A stretch of 64,000 nucleotides of DNA from Glycera tridactyla. Lineage: Eukaryota. Location of the stretch: assembly GCA_965644265.1 (NCBI GenBank), contig OZ286467.1:71858001-71922000 (forward strand), in the 5' to 3' direction. Positions 13,164 to 26,700 of this stretch are shown here, in pieces. The position numbers and the translations under genes are program-made. Numbering within the stretch: position 1 is the stretch's first letter; each line of letters begins with the position of its first letter. The notes below the pieces were generated by a model that had not been told where the DNA came from, made no database searches, and saw only the letters and a list, made by a program, of their open reading frames with translations.

Positions 13164-13500
13164 CATTGTCTTTAGTGGGTTGGGATCAATCAGTAAAACA
13201 AATCCATTCTCAGAAATCATCCGATTTCTCATGGATTTGAGCCAAGATCACCAGCATGGCACCAACCACTGCCGACACGGATACCCAGAGACCCAGTTGA
13301 CTATCCCGTCTCACACATGTACAAGTGGTTTGTGAAATTTACACACAATTGGAGGTGTTCAGTATGAAACTGTTTCACAATAAACCATTGGAATGTACAA
13401 ATAACCGTCTCAGAAATTATCCGATTTTTTGTTGGTCACCAGCCCTTTTCCCTATTAAATTACGCTTATAGAGGCATTGAAATCTTTCTGAAATCAGGTA

Positions 13501-15612
13501 CCGTATATACTGGCGTATAAGTCGAGTTTTTTTTTCGCCAAAAACCAAGCCAAATACAAGGGGGTCGACTTATATGCCCGACATGAAGGATATTTCTCAA
13601 ACCTAACATACTCGAAGAATCCGATACTGACCAGCTGGTGACAATGATATCATCTTGATTGCGCTCAAAAATGGCCAGAATACACTTGGGTGCCAATAAA
13701 TAGTACCAAACACACGAATAGTGACTCTACTTGCTTATTTGATGATCGTTTTTGAGGAAATCCTTACGATTTCTCCATAAACGTGATAACAAACATTAGA
13801 CAGAAACAACAAATCGAGAAACTTCCGCCATCTCGAGCAGATGATGAGGTCAAGGCTGTATGCAAATTAGGTATTTTGGTTCCATGTTTTGACTTACATC
13901 CGGGGATTCCGACTTCACAACAATGGCGCCCAAATTGCTATCAAGCATGCCAGCCTTTCGTTTTTATCGCGAAATACAAGAATAGTCGGCATTTACACAT
14001 GTTTTCAGCAACGGGAAGCATCTCATCATGGAATGAAGCATGAATCATCAGTGTATGAAGGCGCGAACGGCTTAAAGATAGCCGGGGTAAGGCGGGTATT
14101 GGCTTCTCTCACTGGCAGAAGTGTCGTTCCTCTGTGATATTTTTTCGCTAATATTCACAATTTGCCTCGTAATTTTTGGCACGCATGCGGAGCAAAATGC
14201 GTGTCTATGTAATGGCGCAGATTCCGTCTGTCCGGCCGTCCGGCCGTCCGGCCGTCCGGCCGTGCGGCCGTTTGGCCGTGTGGCGTAAACTTCCTGGTTA
14301 AAGTTTTTGGTTAAAGTTTTTCTTTGAGCTACTACTCTGTAACTAATCAAGCAATATTTCTGAAATTTCGCAATCATAAAGATCATGAGCGGCAGAATAC
14401 TGGGTATCAATATTGTTCCAATGACTTTCATGGAAGATGAGTTATTCAGGCTGGAATCCTGAATTTTAAAGCAACTTTCTACCAGCAGAATAGGAAAGAG
14501 TGGACCATATGATGTCTATTACCGAGGCTGTTATGTAATGACACTGCCGGTCCTCTGAATGGAGCCTTGTCACATTTCGTCCTCGGTTATATAACTGTCT
14601 CTGCACCAAGTGGAGTCTTTCACATATCAGCAGAGCTGTCTGATCTTTTGATTAAACTGTGGTGGGAAGGGCAGGGGGTGGGGCAGCAGCGAGTGGCATA
14701 GGATTGGGTGGGGGGGGGGGGGCGGTGGCAGTTGTAGCAGGATTGATTGCACCTGGGTTGGAGGGGGGGGGGCTAGGACAGTGAGAGGGGCAATGGCAGG
14801 GGCGGAAGGAGCCTATCAAATGCCTGTGACCTTGACCTTCATTTTCAAGGTCATGACCTTGACTTTGAAAACTTCAAGCTACATCCATCAAATTTCTGCC
14901 AGATATGTACCAATGAATGGGGGACAATCCCATCGGATGTGGTTGACCTCGACTTTCACCTTCAAGGTCATGACCTTGACATTCAAAATAATTTGTTACT
15001 CCAATAACATGAGAACGCTTGGAGCTACATTCACCAGATTTACACCATGTATGCACCACTGGAAGCAAAGGAGCCTATCAAATGTCAGTGACCTTGACCT
15101 TCATCTTTCAGGTCATGACCTTGACTTTGAAAACTTCAAGCTACATCCATCAAATTTCTGCCAGATATGTACCAATGAATGGGGATAATCCCATCAAATG
15201 TGGTTGACCTTATCCTTCACCTTCAAGGTCATGACCTTGACATTAAAAATACTTTGTTACTCCAATGACATGAGAACACTTGGAGCTACATTCACCAGAT
15301 TTACACCACATATGCACAATTGAAAGCAAAAGAAGCCCATAAAATGGTGAGTGACCTTGATCTCCATCTCTCAGGTCATGACCTTGTTACTGCAATTACT
15401 TGAGAATGCTTGGAGCAAAAGATTATGCTTGCTAGATTCAGCAGCTTGGATGAATTAGCGGCGCACATGCGTGCCATTTGTGCATTTATGCCTTGTTAAG
15501 CAAGATAATGGAGTCGACTAATATACAAGGAATTGACTAAATCCTGACTTTTGCAGGCAAAATCTGGGGGTCGACTTATACGTCAAGTCACCTTATATGC
15601 CAGTATATACGG
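13501..15612. mobile_element. Non-autonomous Tc2/pogo-like element containing a nested Helentron-type insertion
   Basis: TA-CCGTATATACTGGCGTATAAG...CTTATATGCCAGTATATACGG-TA. Confidence 0.85.
14175..15497 (+). mobile_element. Helentron-type non-autonomous element (HINE-like)
   Basis: Starts in a T-run; subterminal IR GGCACGCATG / CATGCGTGCC; (GTCCGGCC)n near the 5' end; about 2 copies of a 262-bp unit; ends GCCTTGTT. Confidence 0.75.
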
Positions 15613-16143
15613 TAATTTCTGTCAAAATGATTTGGAATTCTCAGAATTTCAATGTGAGGAATTTCTGCCCGGAGTTATACATTTATACATGTATACATTC
15701 ATGTGTGTGCTCATGTATACATTCTACCGCATCAATTCACACGTACTTCATCCGACTTGTTTGGAACTTTCATATTCAGTCGATATTTCTGGCCATGGCA
15801 GCAAATTGAGCCGGCGTTGGCAATCAGTGTGATAAGCATATGCCTTCTGTGCCGCTATAACCTTACACATTAGACTTTCAAATACATTCCCATGTTGTGA
15901 TCTGTACAAACATGATGTCCACTCTCGGCAAACACACAGATGAGTGGTGCCGATACAAGTGCAGTGATGGTGCTCGCTTTTCCCCATCAGTCAATATTAG
16001 GAAACTGAACGCCCTAGAAGTTACCATCCGCCGACAAATTCTGCTCAGATGGGAATGACTTGACACAAAGTTCTGTTTTCCTGCTGTCCTACATCAGTCG
16101 TCGAGAATATGGAACAAACATAGCCTCATGCCACACTTCACAA

Positions 16144-16343
16144 CAGGGCTCTATGTTGGCCGATATATCAGCCGGCTCCTGAAGTTGAAATTTTTGGTAG
16201 CCAGTGCAAAATTTTGGTAGCCAGTCAATACAATTACAATCTCAAAATTTTATGGGCGGCTGGTTCCTAACTCTTAAAATATGGTTGCCAAAGGGTAAAT
16301 TTGGTAGTCATTGGCTACCCATAGGTGGCAACATAGAGCCCTG
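16144..16343. mobile_element. hAT-like MITE, 5-bp TSD CACAA
   Basis: cacaa-CAGGGCTCTATGTTG...CAACATAGAGCCCTG-cacaa; deleted sibling at 29394-29512. Confidence 0.88.
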
Positions 16344-17532
16344 CACAAAAACATTTTCAGCCACTCTCCCATTGGGAGACAAGATTGGAAAAATCACTCT
16401 CCCAAAATCAATTCACTCTCCCAAAATTGTGCAAGTTCAAAAAGATATAACAAGCTGAAACAAGGCTATCTTGGAGGAAATATATTGGATGTGTAAACAC
16501 CTTATCAAGACATGAACTCCAACTTGTGAGTGACTTGCTCAGTACCACCAGCCCCTGTTTTGCTGGGGTTTGTTCTTCAGAATACTTGTACAGGCTTATG
16601 CAAAGTAGGGTATAGGGCTATTTGTTGGTGGAGTCAAAACTGTGGTGTTCCATCTTCACAATGAATTCACCACTCCCTCAACAACTATATTTTCACTCTC
16701 TCTCTCACACAAAACGAGACAAGCCATCCATTCATAAACNNNNNNNNNNNNNNNNNNNNNNNNNNNNNNNNNNNNNNNNNNNNNNNNNNNNNNNNNNNNN
16801 NNNNNNNNNNNNNNNNNNNNNNNNNNNNNNNNNNNNNNNNNNNNNNNNNNNNNNNNNNNNNNNNNNNNNNNNNNNNNNNNNNNNNNNNNNNNNNNNNNNN
16901 NNNNNNNNNNNNNNNNNNNNNNNNNNNTACTCATGCACACACACGCGCACCTGCACACACACATGCACACATACACACACGCACACGCCCACACACCTGA
17001 GGAAAGCAAACAGGAATCACCTCTGTGATAACAGACACTGATACATGGAACCTGTGAGTCAGGTGCAAGCCAACAATGCGTATACCTGAACAAAAGAATT
17101 TTAACTGTTTTGATTTTTATTTTCAAAGTGAAACTCAACACAGCAGGCTTCAGATTACCCATTAGTTAAAAAATGCATTAACACAAGATCAATAGAATGG
17201 AATCATGATATTATGATATTCTGTATTTATGGTATAGATCTGTTGAGTCGGTTCATTTCAGAGAAATACATCATTCTACTTATCATGCTCTGCTCTATAT
17301 TTCCCCATTATTTGTGAACATCAAGAAAAGACTGAATGATCAGGTAGCTTGTGTACAGTCGAATCTGATATTGAGGACACCTCTACTAAGAAACTACCTG
17401 TCCTAAGCAGCCACTCTTCCCTGAAGAACTTACACTCAAATTGCCTCTTCTAAGCACCATTAGGTCACTGATTTTATATCCCAAATCACAAAATCACCTG
17501 TCGTAAGCAGCCATCTAATGACGAGCCAGTTG

Positions 17533-17752
17533 CAGCGTTGCATTTAGGAGGGCGGAAGTTTGCCAATCAACACATTATTATCTTCTTGGGCCCCTTTTCA
17601 AAATTATGGTGGGCCAAATCCCTATATTTTCTGAGTATTTTCATTTTGCTACTATCACCCTTATATTGGCCCTCAAAACTTTTGGTTGACCCCTCTTTGT
17701 TTATCTGATGGGCCAATTGGCCCCTTATTCAGAATTTCTAGATGCGTCTCTG
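17533..17752. mobile_element. CAG-ended MITE, 6-bp TSD CAGTTG, nested in TA-MITE 17356-18020
   Basis: cagttg-CAGCGTTGCATTTAG...CTAGATGCGTCTCTG-cagttg. Confidence 0.75.
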
Positions 17753-20126
17753 CAGTTGTAATCACTGATGCCTGAGAGAGGTATGAAAACCTTCGGAGGC
17801 CATCCATGCGAAAAAAAAAAGCCAGTTAGTGATGTCCAAGGTGTGAAATCACTGAGCCATAATCTTTCCGCCTCCCCTACGCCTCCTAAGGGCCCACTCT
17901 CAGCCAGTTCCATATGTGCAGCTGGCCCATGTTGGATGAGCTGCCAACCTTTATTAAGTAGTCCTGAGCAGCCGCTTTTTATTCATTACCTTGAGTGGCT
18001 GTTCAGGACAGGTTTGACTGTATCTGTCTCCTACATAAATTGCTGATATCCGTTGCAAATGCTGCAGATGATGACTGTGATAATATATAAGTTGAGATCA
18101 TTATCTGAGTTGAGGCGGCAGATCTATCGCTTGCTGCAGAAATATCAATGATTATTGAGTCAAGATTTTGGCACTTCATGCTCATCACTCGGACAATTAC
18201 TGGAATTCCTTGGTTAAGTAGAATGTGTATTAGGCAACCACCTTTGGGAAACCAAATATGGTTGCTTGATACAGGTAATTTATAAGTGGAAATACTCTGG
18301 AGGGAAATCAGGAAGTGGCTGCTTAATGCAGATTCTACACCTTCTGTTGGGGTACAGGAGGAAATGTCTTGAATAATCTTGCCCAGGATCATTACATGGT
18401 CATCTCGATATAGCCCATTTAGTGTTCACAGGACATGACTGAGGCAACCAACCAATTTTGAATTATGCCATACATGAGTCTGGTCATGGCTGAAAATGGC
18501 ACAGATGATCTTCTGTTCATCTTCTTAGAGTGCGTCTTATTATATATTTGATGTACATTTTTTTTCTGAAAGTACAAGTTTGTGGAGCATTGGGTTGATG
18601 GATATTTTGGCTGGCGGGTAATTGAGTTGTAGGAGATGATCAGGGCGTAGTGGCGGGCCAGTAGTCGGGCCAGTAGCTGCGTTACTTCGGGCCTTTTATC
18701 AATCATATGTGCATTACATTCAATTTGGCAGTCGCATATCAATCATAACGCAGCTTTTATCACTAATGGGGGGAGCGGCGAGTGCCTCGTTGTTGCGCGG
18801 CACCGGTGTCACCGTGAATTGTGCGCACCGTCTGCGGACGCGACTGATGCACTTCATCAGGGTTGGGATAGCGCACGCCCGATCACACACTCGGGATGCC
18901 GGATTAATGCACCGTCACTGAACATCTATGCCCCTCCAATATTATTTCATTAACTGTTGAACCGCTGAAATGTTACTGAACCCGCATGAAGTAATCAAGC
19001 AGGACACTCAGAATTAACTCCATGTGTACCAGATTTTCTTTTCCAATAATGAGAGCAATTGCAATTGCAGGTATTCCGATTTTTCGGAAAATCTTTAGAA
19101 TTATGAAAATTTTAAAAATTAAAATTGAGAGGCTGCCACAATCTGGCTGGAAGTTTCAGGATGGATACTTTTGAGACTATCTGATGCCTTTTTCCAAGTA
19201 ATATTTATCCAAATTTTGCTTAATTTATTTGGCTTCACTGCACCGAAAACTATTTCATATACCTTCTATAGATAAACTTGTTACAATATACTACTAGTTT
19301 GAGATGAAATGTCATGGACCAACCGTAACCTGAGCAACTCCAACCTTCCTCAATCATCCGATCCAGAAATATAGTTTTATTCCTCAAAATTCACCATTTT
19401 CTCCAGAGAAGCAATGCAGCTAAACTTCTTGAAATCCTGTTCTTTCAACATGGCCATGAAAATCCACTCTCTTCAATGACTTTCTTCTGTGTGCTAATAC
19501 TTCCTGCAGAACAATAGAACTTTCCACTCGTCCCATCAAGTCAAGAATGCTGAAGTGGAATGGCAAATGGGCAGAGAAGTCCACTGAAGAGAGAAGACAC
19601 TACAAAAGCAGATGGACCGCTTGAGTAAAACTCACTAATACCACTCTCGCACAAATAAATATTAAACAATGTTATCAAATATGGATAGTAAAGATGCACT
19701 TAAGAGCTGCCAGGGGATGGACAAGATGGACACTGCGGGGAACCCGGGTGACACCGAAGTCCTCGCTTGTCTTAATGGAATAATGGCCTGGCTCTCTCTG
19801 GCTGAAGTTTCCCCGGGTGATTCCATATTTAGAATTGGTACAAATTATGTGAACATGAATATGGCTGACTTGTAGCAGGAGGAAAAAATTCTGCAATTTT
19901 TGTTTGACAATGGCCCCAGTACTTGACTTGAATTTAAGGGAGGAAATACCGGATGCAACCAGACTGCAACCCTAGATCTTGATGTGGTGTGCATTGCCAA
20001 CTTGCAGTTATTGAAAGTGTTTCAGTCAAGTTGCGCTAAATCGTTGCAGAATTCAAATTGATTTTCACTGTCAACACACTGCAAATCGAAACAGCTGTTT
20101 GATCTGTTGGGTTTTATTCCACATTT

Positions 20127-20303
20127 CAGTGATGCCAATTCTCAAAAAAAAAATCAGAATTCTGAAAATTTGGTGAAGAATTTGAAAATTGCAGCAATCT
20201 GGCTGGAAGTTTCAGAATAGATACTTTTAAGAATATGTGGGGGTAGTGTAAGAAGATCCAACTATATTTACAAAAATTTAGCTTCACCTCATTGGCATCA
20301 CTG
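20127..20303. mobile_element. CAGTGATGCC-ended MITE
   Basis: TIR CAGTGATGCCAAT / ATTGGCATCACTG; flanks cattt/ccttt (4 of 5); relatives at about 19060-19250 and 63905-64000. Confidence 0.8.
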
Positions 20304-22388
20304 CCTTTTCAACATCAGGATATCATGGTCCTTGTGTGATCCCTTGAACATGAGATCATTGCTTGTGTCCACAAATATCCTCTTAATTCTGATTTTGAGC
20401 AGACTGTGTTCTCTGTGGGAATATACCTTTCTTTATAGCGGACTGCAGGGTTCAGTCCAGGCCTGAAGCTTTTGACAGCGTGCCAGCAGTCATTGAGGAG
20501 GTTGCCATTTGTGGCCCAGTTTGGAAGCCTATGTGTTAGCAAAGGTCCCGTGGGACGCCATATCCTGCCATGAAATAATTACCTGCCTCAATCAATCCAA
20601 TCTGGCCGGGAGAGTCATAGAAGCCAGACTGGGCGTAGTATCAGTTTTGAATGGGCAATAAAACAGACAGGAGGAGTTGGCAGCCCAACTCATGTTGCAA
20701 CACTAGGCATCTGTTATGAAGACTTCCCACGTCAAGTCTATTGGAAAATCTCCCAGCCTTACCACAAACTTGGTCTGATGCATTGGTTGTACCTTTCTGT
20801 ACGATACCTGCAGCCATGACATGTTCAGTGTGGACAATCTCGGATTACATTCACTTCTCCACAGTGAATGATGGATTTAATTCAATATTGGCCATTTGTA
20901 TGTTGTGTCTATCTATTCATATACCATTTTAGACAGCATATGTAATGTGTATTTGTTCAAAAGTTCTCATCACTAAAATGGAGTAGTTGGATTGGAATTT
21001 TACTCATCATATATGCTTCATATCTTTTCTACCAGCTCATTTGTATTGATTCAAGAAGATAAAATAGCCAATGAATTTGGAAATGTTCAACCCATGCAGA
21101 TGTAAAGTAAATGTATCTCAATTTAACTTTTGTGAGTACCATCCCTTATATATAAGAGTATATAATATCAGTGTTTTTTTTTTGCAGTCATTCGGAGAAT
21201 TGCGACTAGAATTTCCAAAGCTATGCAATTTTCAGCAAGTGTTTGGAGAAATTTTGTGGGTCACCGTTTGTGTGCAGTGGCGATGCTTCATGGCAAAAAG
21301 CAATCATTGCAGATCAAATGCGGTAATAAAGTAATTAAAGTGTCGTAAATTGTGGTTGGCATTATGGCTGACCGAGGGTCGCAATTAACGATCCTAGCAC
21401 AATACAAGACATGCATCAACATCAGGGAAAAATACACACTGGAGTGCATTACTGGAATTATCCCAGTCAGTGACCTGCTATCAGTATCAGTCTTGGGATA
21501 TGTAAACAGGAGCCAGGGCTTTATTTAAGGCCTGCCCTACTGGCTCAGGATGGCAGGACAATTACTGAAGTGATCAGAATACAATCGAACCTCCTCTAAA
21601 GACCACCTCCCTATGTAGACCACCCTGAACTGCGACCATGGAAGTATTTTCAACAGTGAATGACCTCTATAAAGACCACCTCCCAATAAAGGCCACTTTT
21701 TGGTGCGACCAAAGGCGGTCTTTATAGAGAGGTTCGACCCTACTCGCCATATGGGCAAGCACATAACTGTGATTCAGGTTTTGATTTCATTGAGGACACA
21801 TGAAAATTTCACGCCAAATGCTGAAAAAAGACACTTGAATCTGCATGCTTGAGATATATTTTCTGTAGCTAATTTTGCTGAAGCAGTTATTCCATTTTAG
21901 CCAAATGTTCTCATGCTTTAGCCAAATACATTGTGAAGTGACTTCAATTTCTTCATAACTTTCATTTCTAACTGGTGTATTGAGTCCTTGATGTGAGAAA
22001 TCTGCTTCACGGCCTCCAAATATAGTCAAACTGCAGACTTTTCATGACTACATGAGATGTATGAAAGGGCACAGTCCCTGTATCCATTAGCTTCAGAATG
22101 ATCATCTGTGATTCATCATGTTATCTGCATGCTTACGTACATTGGTCTCATACAGAATAGAATCACAATAACTCTCAGCCAAAATATAACGAGTTCAGAT
22201 TCAAGCTTGGACACCAGTTTTAGTTGAAGGTGTGAAGGTGATTGTGGATAGCTGTATACTGATGAATTAAAATTAACCTTGGGGATCCAAAATAACAGGT
22301 CGTGAATTTGATCATAACTAGTCACCGGCATGAAGACTTCCTCCCTTCCTACCCCCAGGCTGGGTTCCCTCTAGGAATGAACAACTTT

Positions 22389-23718
22389 TTATACCCCGCT
22401 TTTGAAAAAGCGGGGTATCATAGTTTCACCTCCGGCGTCCAGAATAATGACCTAATGGTAGGTCACAGGAGCTATTTATAGATTTTCTCATTTTACACTT
22501 TAACTCAAGTTAGCCTCAATGGATATGCACCAAACTTACACAAAGTAATGACCTAATGGTAGGCCACCTCCCTTTTGATGCATGTGACCCCAGGTCAAAG
22601 GTCAAGGTCACAGGAGCTATTCAAAGATTTTCTCATTTTACACTCTAACTCAAGCTAGCTTTGATGGATACACAAAGTAATGACCTAATGATAGGCCACC
22701 TCCCTTCCGATGCATGTGACCCCAGGTCAAAGGTCAAGGTCACAGGAGCTATTCATAGATTTTCTCATTTTACACTCTAACTCAAGCTAGCTTCGATGGA
22801 TATGCATCGAACTTACACAAAGTAATGACCTGATGGTAGGCCACCTCCCTTTTGATGCATGTGACCCCAGGTCAAAGGTCAAGGTCACAGGAGCTATTTA
22901 AAGATTTTCTCATTTTACACTCTAACTCAAGCTAGCCTCGATGGATATGCACCAAACTTACACAAAGTAATGACTTGATGATTGGCCACCTCCCTTTGGA
23001 TGCATGTGACCCTGTGTCAAAGGTCAAGGTCACAGGAGATATTTATAAATTTTCTCATTTTACACTCTAACTCAAGCTCGCCTCGGTGGATATGCACCAA
23101 TCCTACACAGTGTAATGACCCAATGATAGGCCACCTCCGTCTCGATGCATGTGACCCTGGGTCGAAGGTCAAGGTCACATGAGCTACTTATAGATTTTCT
23201 TATTTTACATTCTAACTCAAACCAGCATTGATGGATGTGCACCAAACTTACACAAAGTAATGACCCAATGGTGGACCAACTCCCTCCCGATGCGTGTGAC
23301 CCAAGGTCAAAGGAGTTTCACAACATAATGACCCAATAGTGAGATATCTCCCATTTGATGCATGTGACCCTGCGTCAAAGGTCAAGGCCATAGGAGCTAT
23401 TTTTAAATTTCTGCATCTCACACAATAACTCAGGCTAGCATTGTTGGATAGAGATCACACTGATCTGGGATGATCAAGCAATGTTACAGCAACTCTCTTA
23501 CAATGCATGTGACCTTAAGTCATAGGTCAAGGTGAAGGTTTCAGGTGCTGCTATTAGATTTTCTTATTCTACACAGTGATCCAATGACTTATTACATAGC
23601 CAACCAAACATCTCGATGACCTTTTCCGATATGGGTTACCTACTGTGATCCAGTGTGCGATATGGGTTACCCACTGTGCTCCCATGTGCAAGGTATATTG
23701 CCCCTCTGTGGCCTTGTT
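22389..23718 (+). mobile_element. Helentron-type element with 145-bp tandem array, nested in hAT-like MITE 22360-24029
   Basis: 5' hairpin ATACCCCGCTTTT-GA-AAAAGCGGGGTAT; about 6-8 units of 145 bp; ends GGCCTTGTT. Confidence 0.85.
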
Positions 23719-26700
23719 AGCAAATGATTTAGCAAAGTGGAAATAATCTTAGCAACTTGGATAGCACTATGTTGGAATTAGAAAGCATTTCATTGAATTA
23801 GTTAACCAAAATGGAAATTTAATGGCATTTTCATGCCAAATCAATTTCTTTTGCATTTCTTCCATGAGAAATGGAATTCGGAGAAAATCCATCCACAAAA
23901 TCCCTGAACACCACCTTTCTGCCATCAGGATTGAAAATTACTTTAGCAAATTATTTTAGCAATTACAATTTTTCTTTAGCATTTGACCTATCTGATTAGC
24001 TATATAGCTAATCTATAGAGGGAACCCTGCCAGCGTTCACACATACAGTAAAACCTGTCTTAAGTGAAAAGTCACGGGACCAAATTTTTCTTTCACTTAA
24101 GACAGGATTTTGCTTAGCGCAGGACAATTATAGTGAGAAAAAAACATCCGAGCAGACCGTGGAGTATGTGCTTAAGACAGGATTTTGCCTAGCACAGGTT
24201 TACTCTCAAGCAGGTTTCACTGTACATGTTTGTGAGCACAAAACAAGAGGTTTGAAACTCCCGTCAGAAGTAGCGGGTTGCATCCTAACAAGATTAGACC
24301 TTCCCATCCAAGAATAGCTCTAATAGCAGCTGCACTCCAGAGATCAAAGCCATCACGGTGTGTGACATATTCCCTGGTGACTAATCTACACCTGTAAAAC
24401 CTGGGAGTCAGAACTGTAAACCTGTCAAACAAGTACAGTCAAACCAGCTCCTAAGACCACCTCTCGATTAGGACAACCTGTAAAGACCACTTTTCGATGC
24501 GACCGGAGGTGGTCTTTATAGACAGGGTCGACTGTACAGTCAAACCTGAATACGAAGACCACCCACGTTCGCATCGAAAAGTGGCCTTTGTAGGCTGATG
24601 GTCAATGTAAAGAGGTCATTTATTGTAGAAAATAATTCCATGGTCACCGCTCATGGTGGCCTTTGTAGGGAGATGGCCTTTGTGTAAAGGTGGTCTCTGG
24701 AGTAGGTTTGACTGTACTTTCTTGTACTGCATTCATTCCTCTTTATGATACTATGTCTGCTCAGTTTGATACTTCCGCTTATGACGACTTTCATGGTGCT
24801 TGATACAATTGATTAATCAATCAGTTGATCTGGTGGTCAATCAATCAGCAAATCGATTTGAGCAGCATCATCAGCAATTATGTTAAACTTTTGTGTTAAT
24901 GGCAATTGGTACATGTATCTTACAGTTTTCTTTGGCTGTACTAGGTTTTAGGTAGTCATGGGGATAATTCCTTGAATCAATTTCTTCCTATTTATCTCAA
25001 TTTTTTAGGGAAGATCCAAATTCATTTCGATATCTGCAACAAAGAACCCCATCTGGAGCCACTGGTCCTCATAATATGAAAGTGTGACCCCATATTCGGA
25101 GCAGATTGCCACATATTCATGAGTTGGCCCAGGGACCCCAACAAGTTGCGTTGCAATCTCGTATTTAAATGATGGAGGCAGGTCTGATGTGCATAGCTCC
25201 AGCAAACTTTGTATTCTTGCACTGTAGTGCAAACTTTCTGAGAAGCCAAAACTTCTGCCTGCTGCCTGATAACAAGAAAAGTTGNNNNNNNNNNNNNNNN
25301 NNNNNNNNNNNNNNNNNNNNNNNNNNNNNNNNNNNNNNNNNNNNNNNNNNNNNNNNNNNNNNNNNNNNNNNNNNNNNNNNNNNNNNNNNNNNNNNNNNNN
25401 NNNNNNNNNNNNNNNNNTGTCTGTGGTAGAAAAAACTAGTCATATTTCATGGTAACACAAGTGAAAAAATTCATCCTTCACGTTTGGATCAAAGAGCAAT
25501 ATGTATTAGAATAACCTTTCTTGTTTGAACATGTACCTGGAAAATTGCCCTAATTTGTTATCGATCTTCATTCCTTGGGGTAAAGTGAGAATTTGCATTG
25601 TTTGGGGCCAGTGTTGCAAATTGTGAGACAAGACGAGAGATAGAATTGGGACTGATGGAGGTGAAGTTCTCGGCAAGTAAGATAGCCGACCGACTCGCAA
25701 ATATGGATGAAGAATGGAAGAGAGGTTAGGCTGAAGGGGCCGGAGAGGGGAGTGGCTCTCGAAATGTAATAACAAGTGACACCCGTAACCTAATTATAGG
25801 CGTACCGCTTACGATGACTTTGTCCGCGACAGTGTCCGAGGATCGTGCGAGTGACGCGGGCTAAACGTGCAAGTTGCCGAGCTAACCAAGAAATATGCGC
25901 CAGTTAATTAGATCAACGCTCGGACCGTTGTCCAATTAGAGGCGCCTTTATTGAATCCTCTTTGTTTGAAACAATGTTTTATTTCTGTAGGGAATGTCAA
26001 TTTGGGCTTACTTTGTTTTAGCCCCTATCTAATTTCTGCTATGGCCAGATAAGTTGACTCACGCCCGTTAGTTTAGGTCACCACCGGCTGGCCTGCCATA
26101 ACTTGACGAGTTATACCTCGCAGAATGTAGTCTCCATCAAATTCCTCAGCATATACATCCTCAGGTCATCCTAAAACTTTGCTGACTCTGCATTGATGGG
26201 ACTATTCTCAAGCCAACCACACTCATAAAGTTATACGCTAGGGGTTTGTCATTTATTTTGGTAGCAAGTCAGGGATGAGTTGAGATGTGATCTCTAAATT
26301 TCGGAAGCCAACTGGTTGCTAGTACTCAATCGATGGTCACCAAGACTCATGGCTCGTTCACAGGGCTAGTATTCTGACCAAAAATCTTGAGAATCAGTTT
26401 TGCCATCATTTAGTTTCAGCATGTGTGAGTTCATTCAGGCTCTAAAGGATTTATTATGTGTATAAAACACTTCAAGATACCAGTTTCAATCTAGTGAGCA
26501 CGTGATTTTCCATACCACAAGTGAATCTAATTATCTGTACACATGTATACCGTTGTATATCCGTTGCAATTAAAAATGAAAGAATCTCTATCACAATCTC
26601 AATCTTAAAAACTACTCTCCCAGAATTCACATCATAAAGTATTAGATTATAAACTCAGGAGACAAATCTGACCAGGATGAGAGACAGATACAGAAATTCA

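Noticed and set aside
15880-16070. RKLNALEVTIRRQILLRW resembling an RTE-LINE C-terminal motif
   Set aside because: Too short; flanking motifs absent
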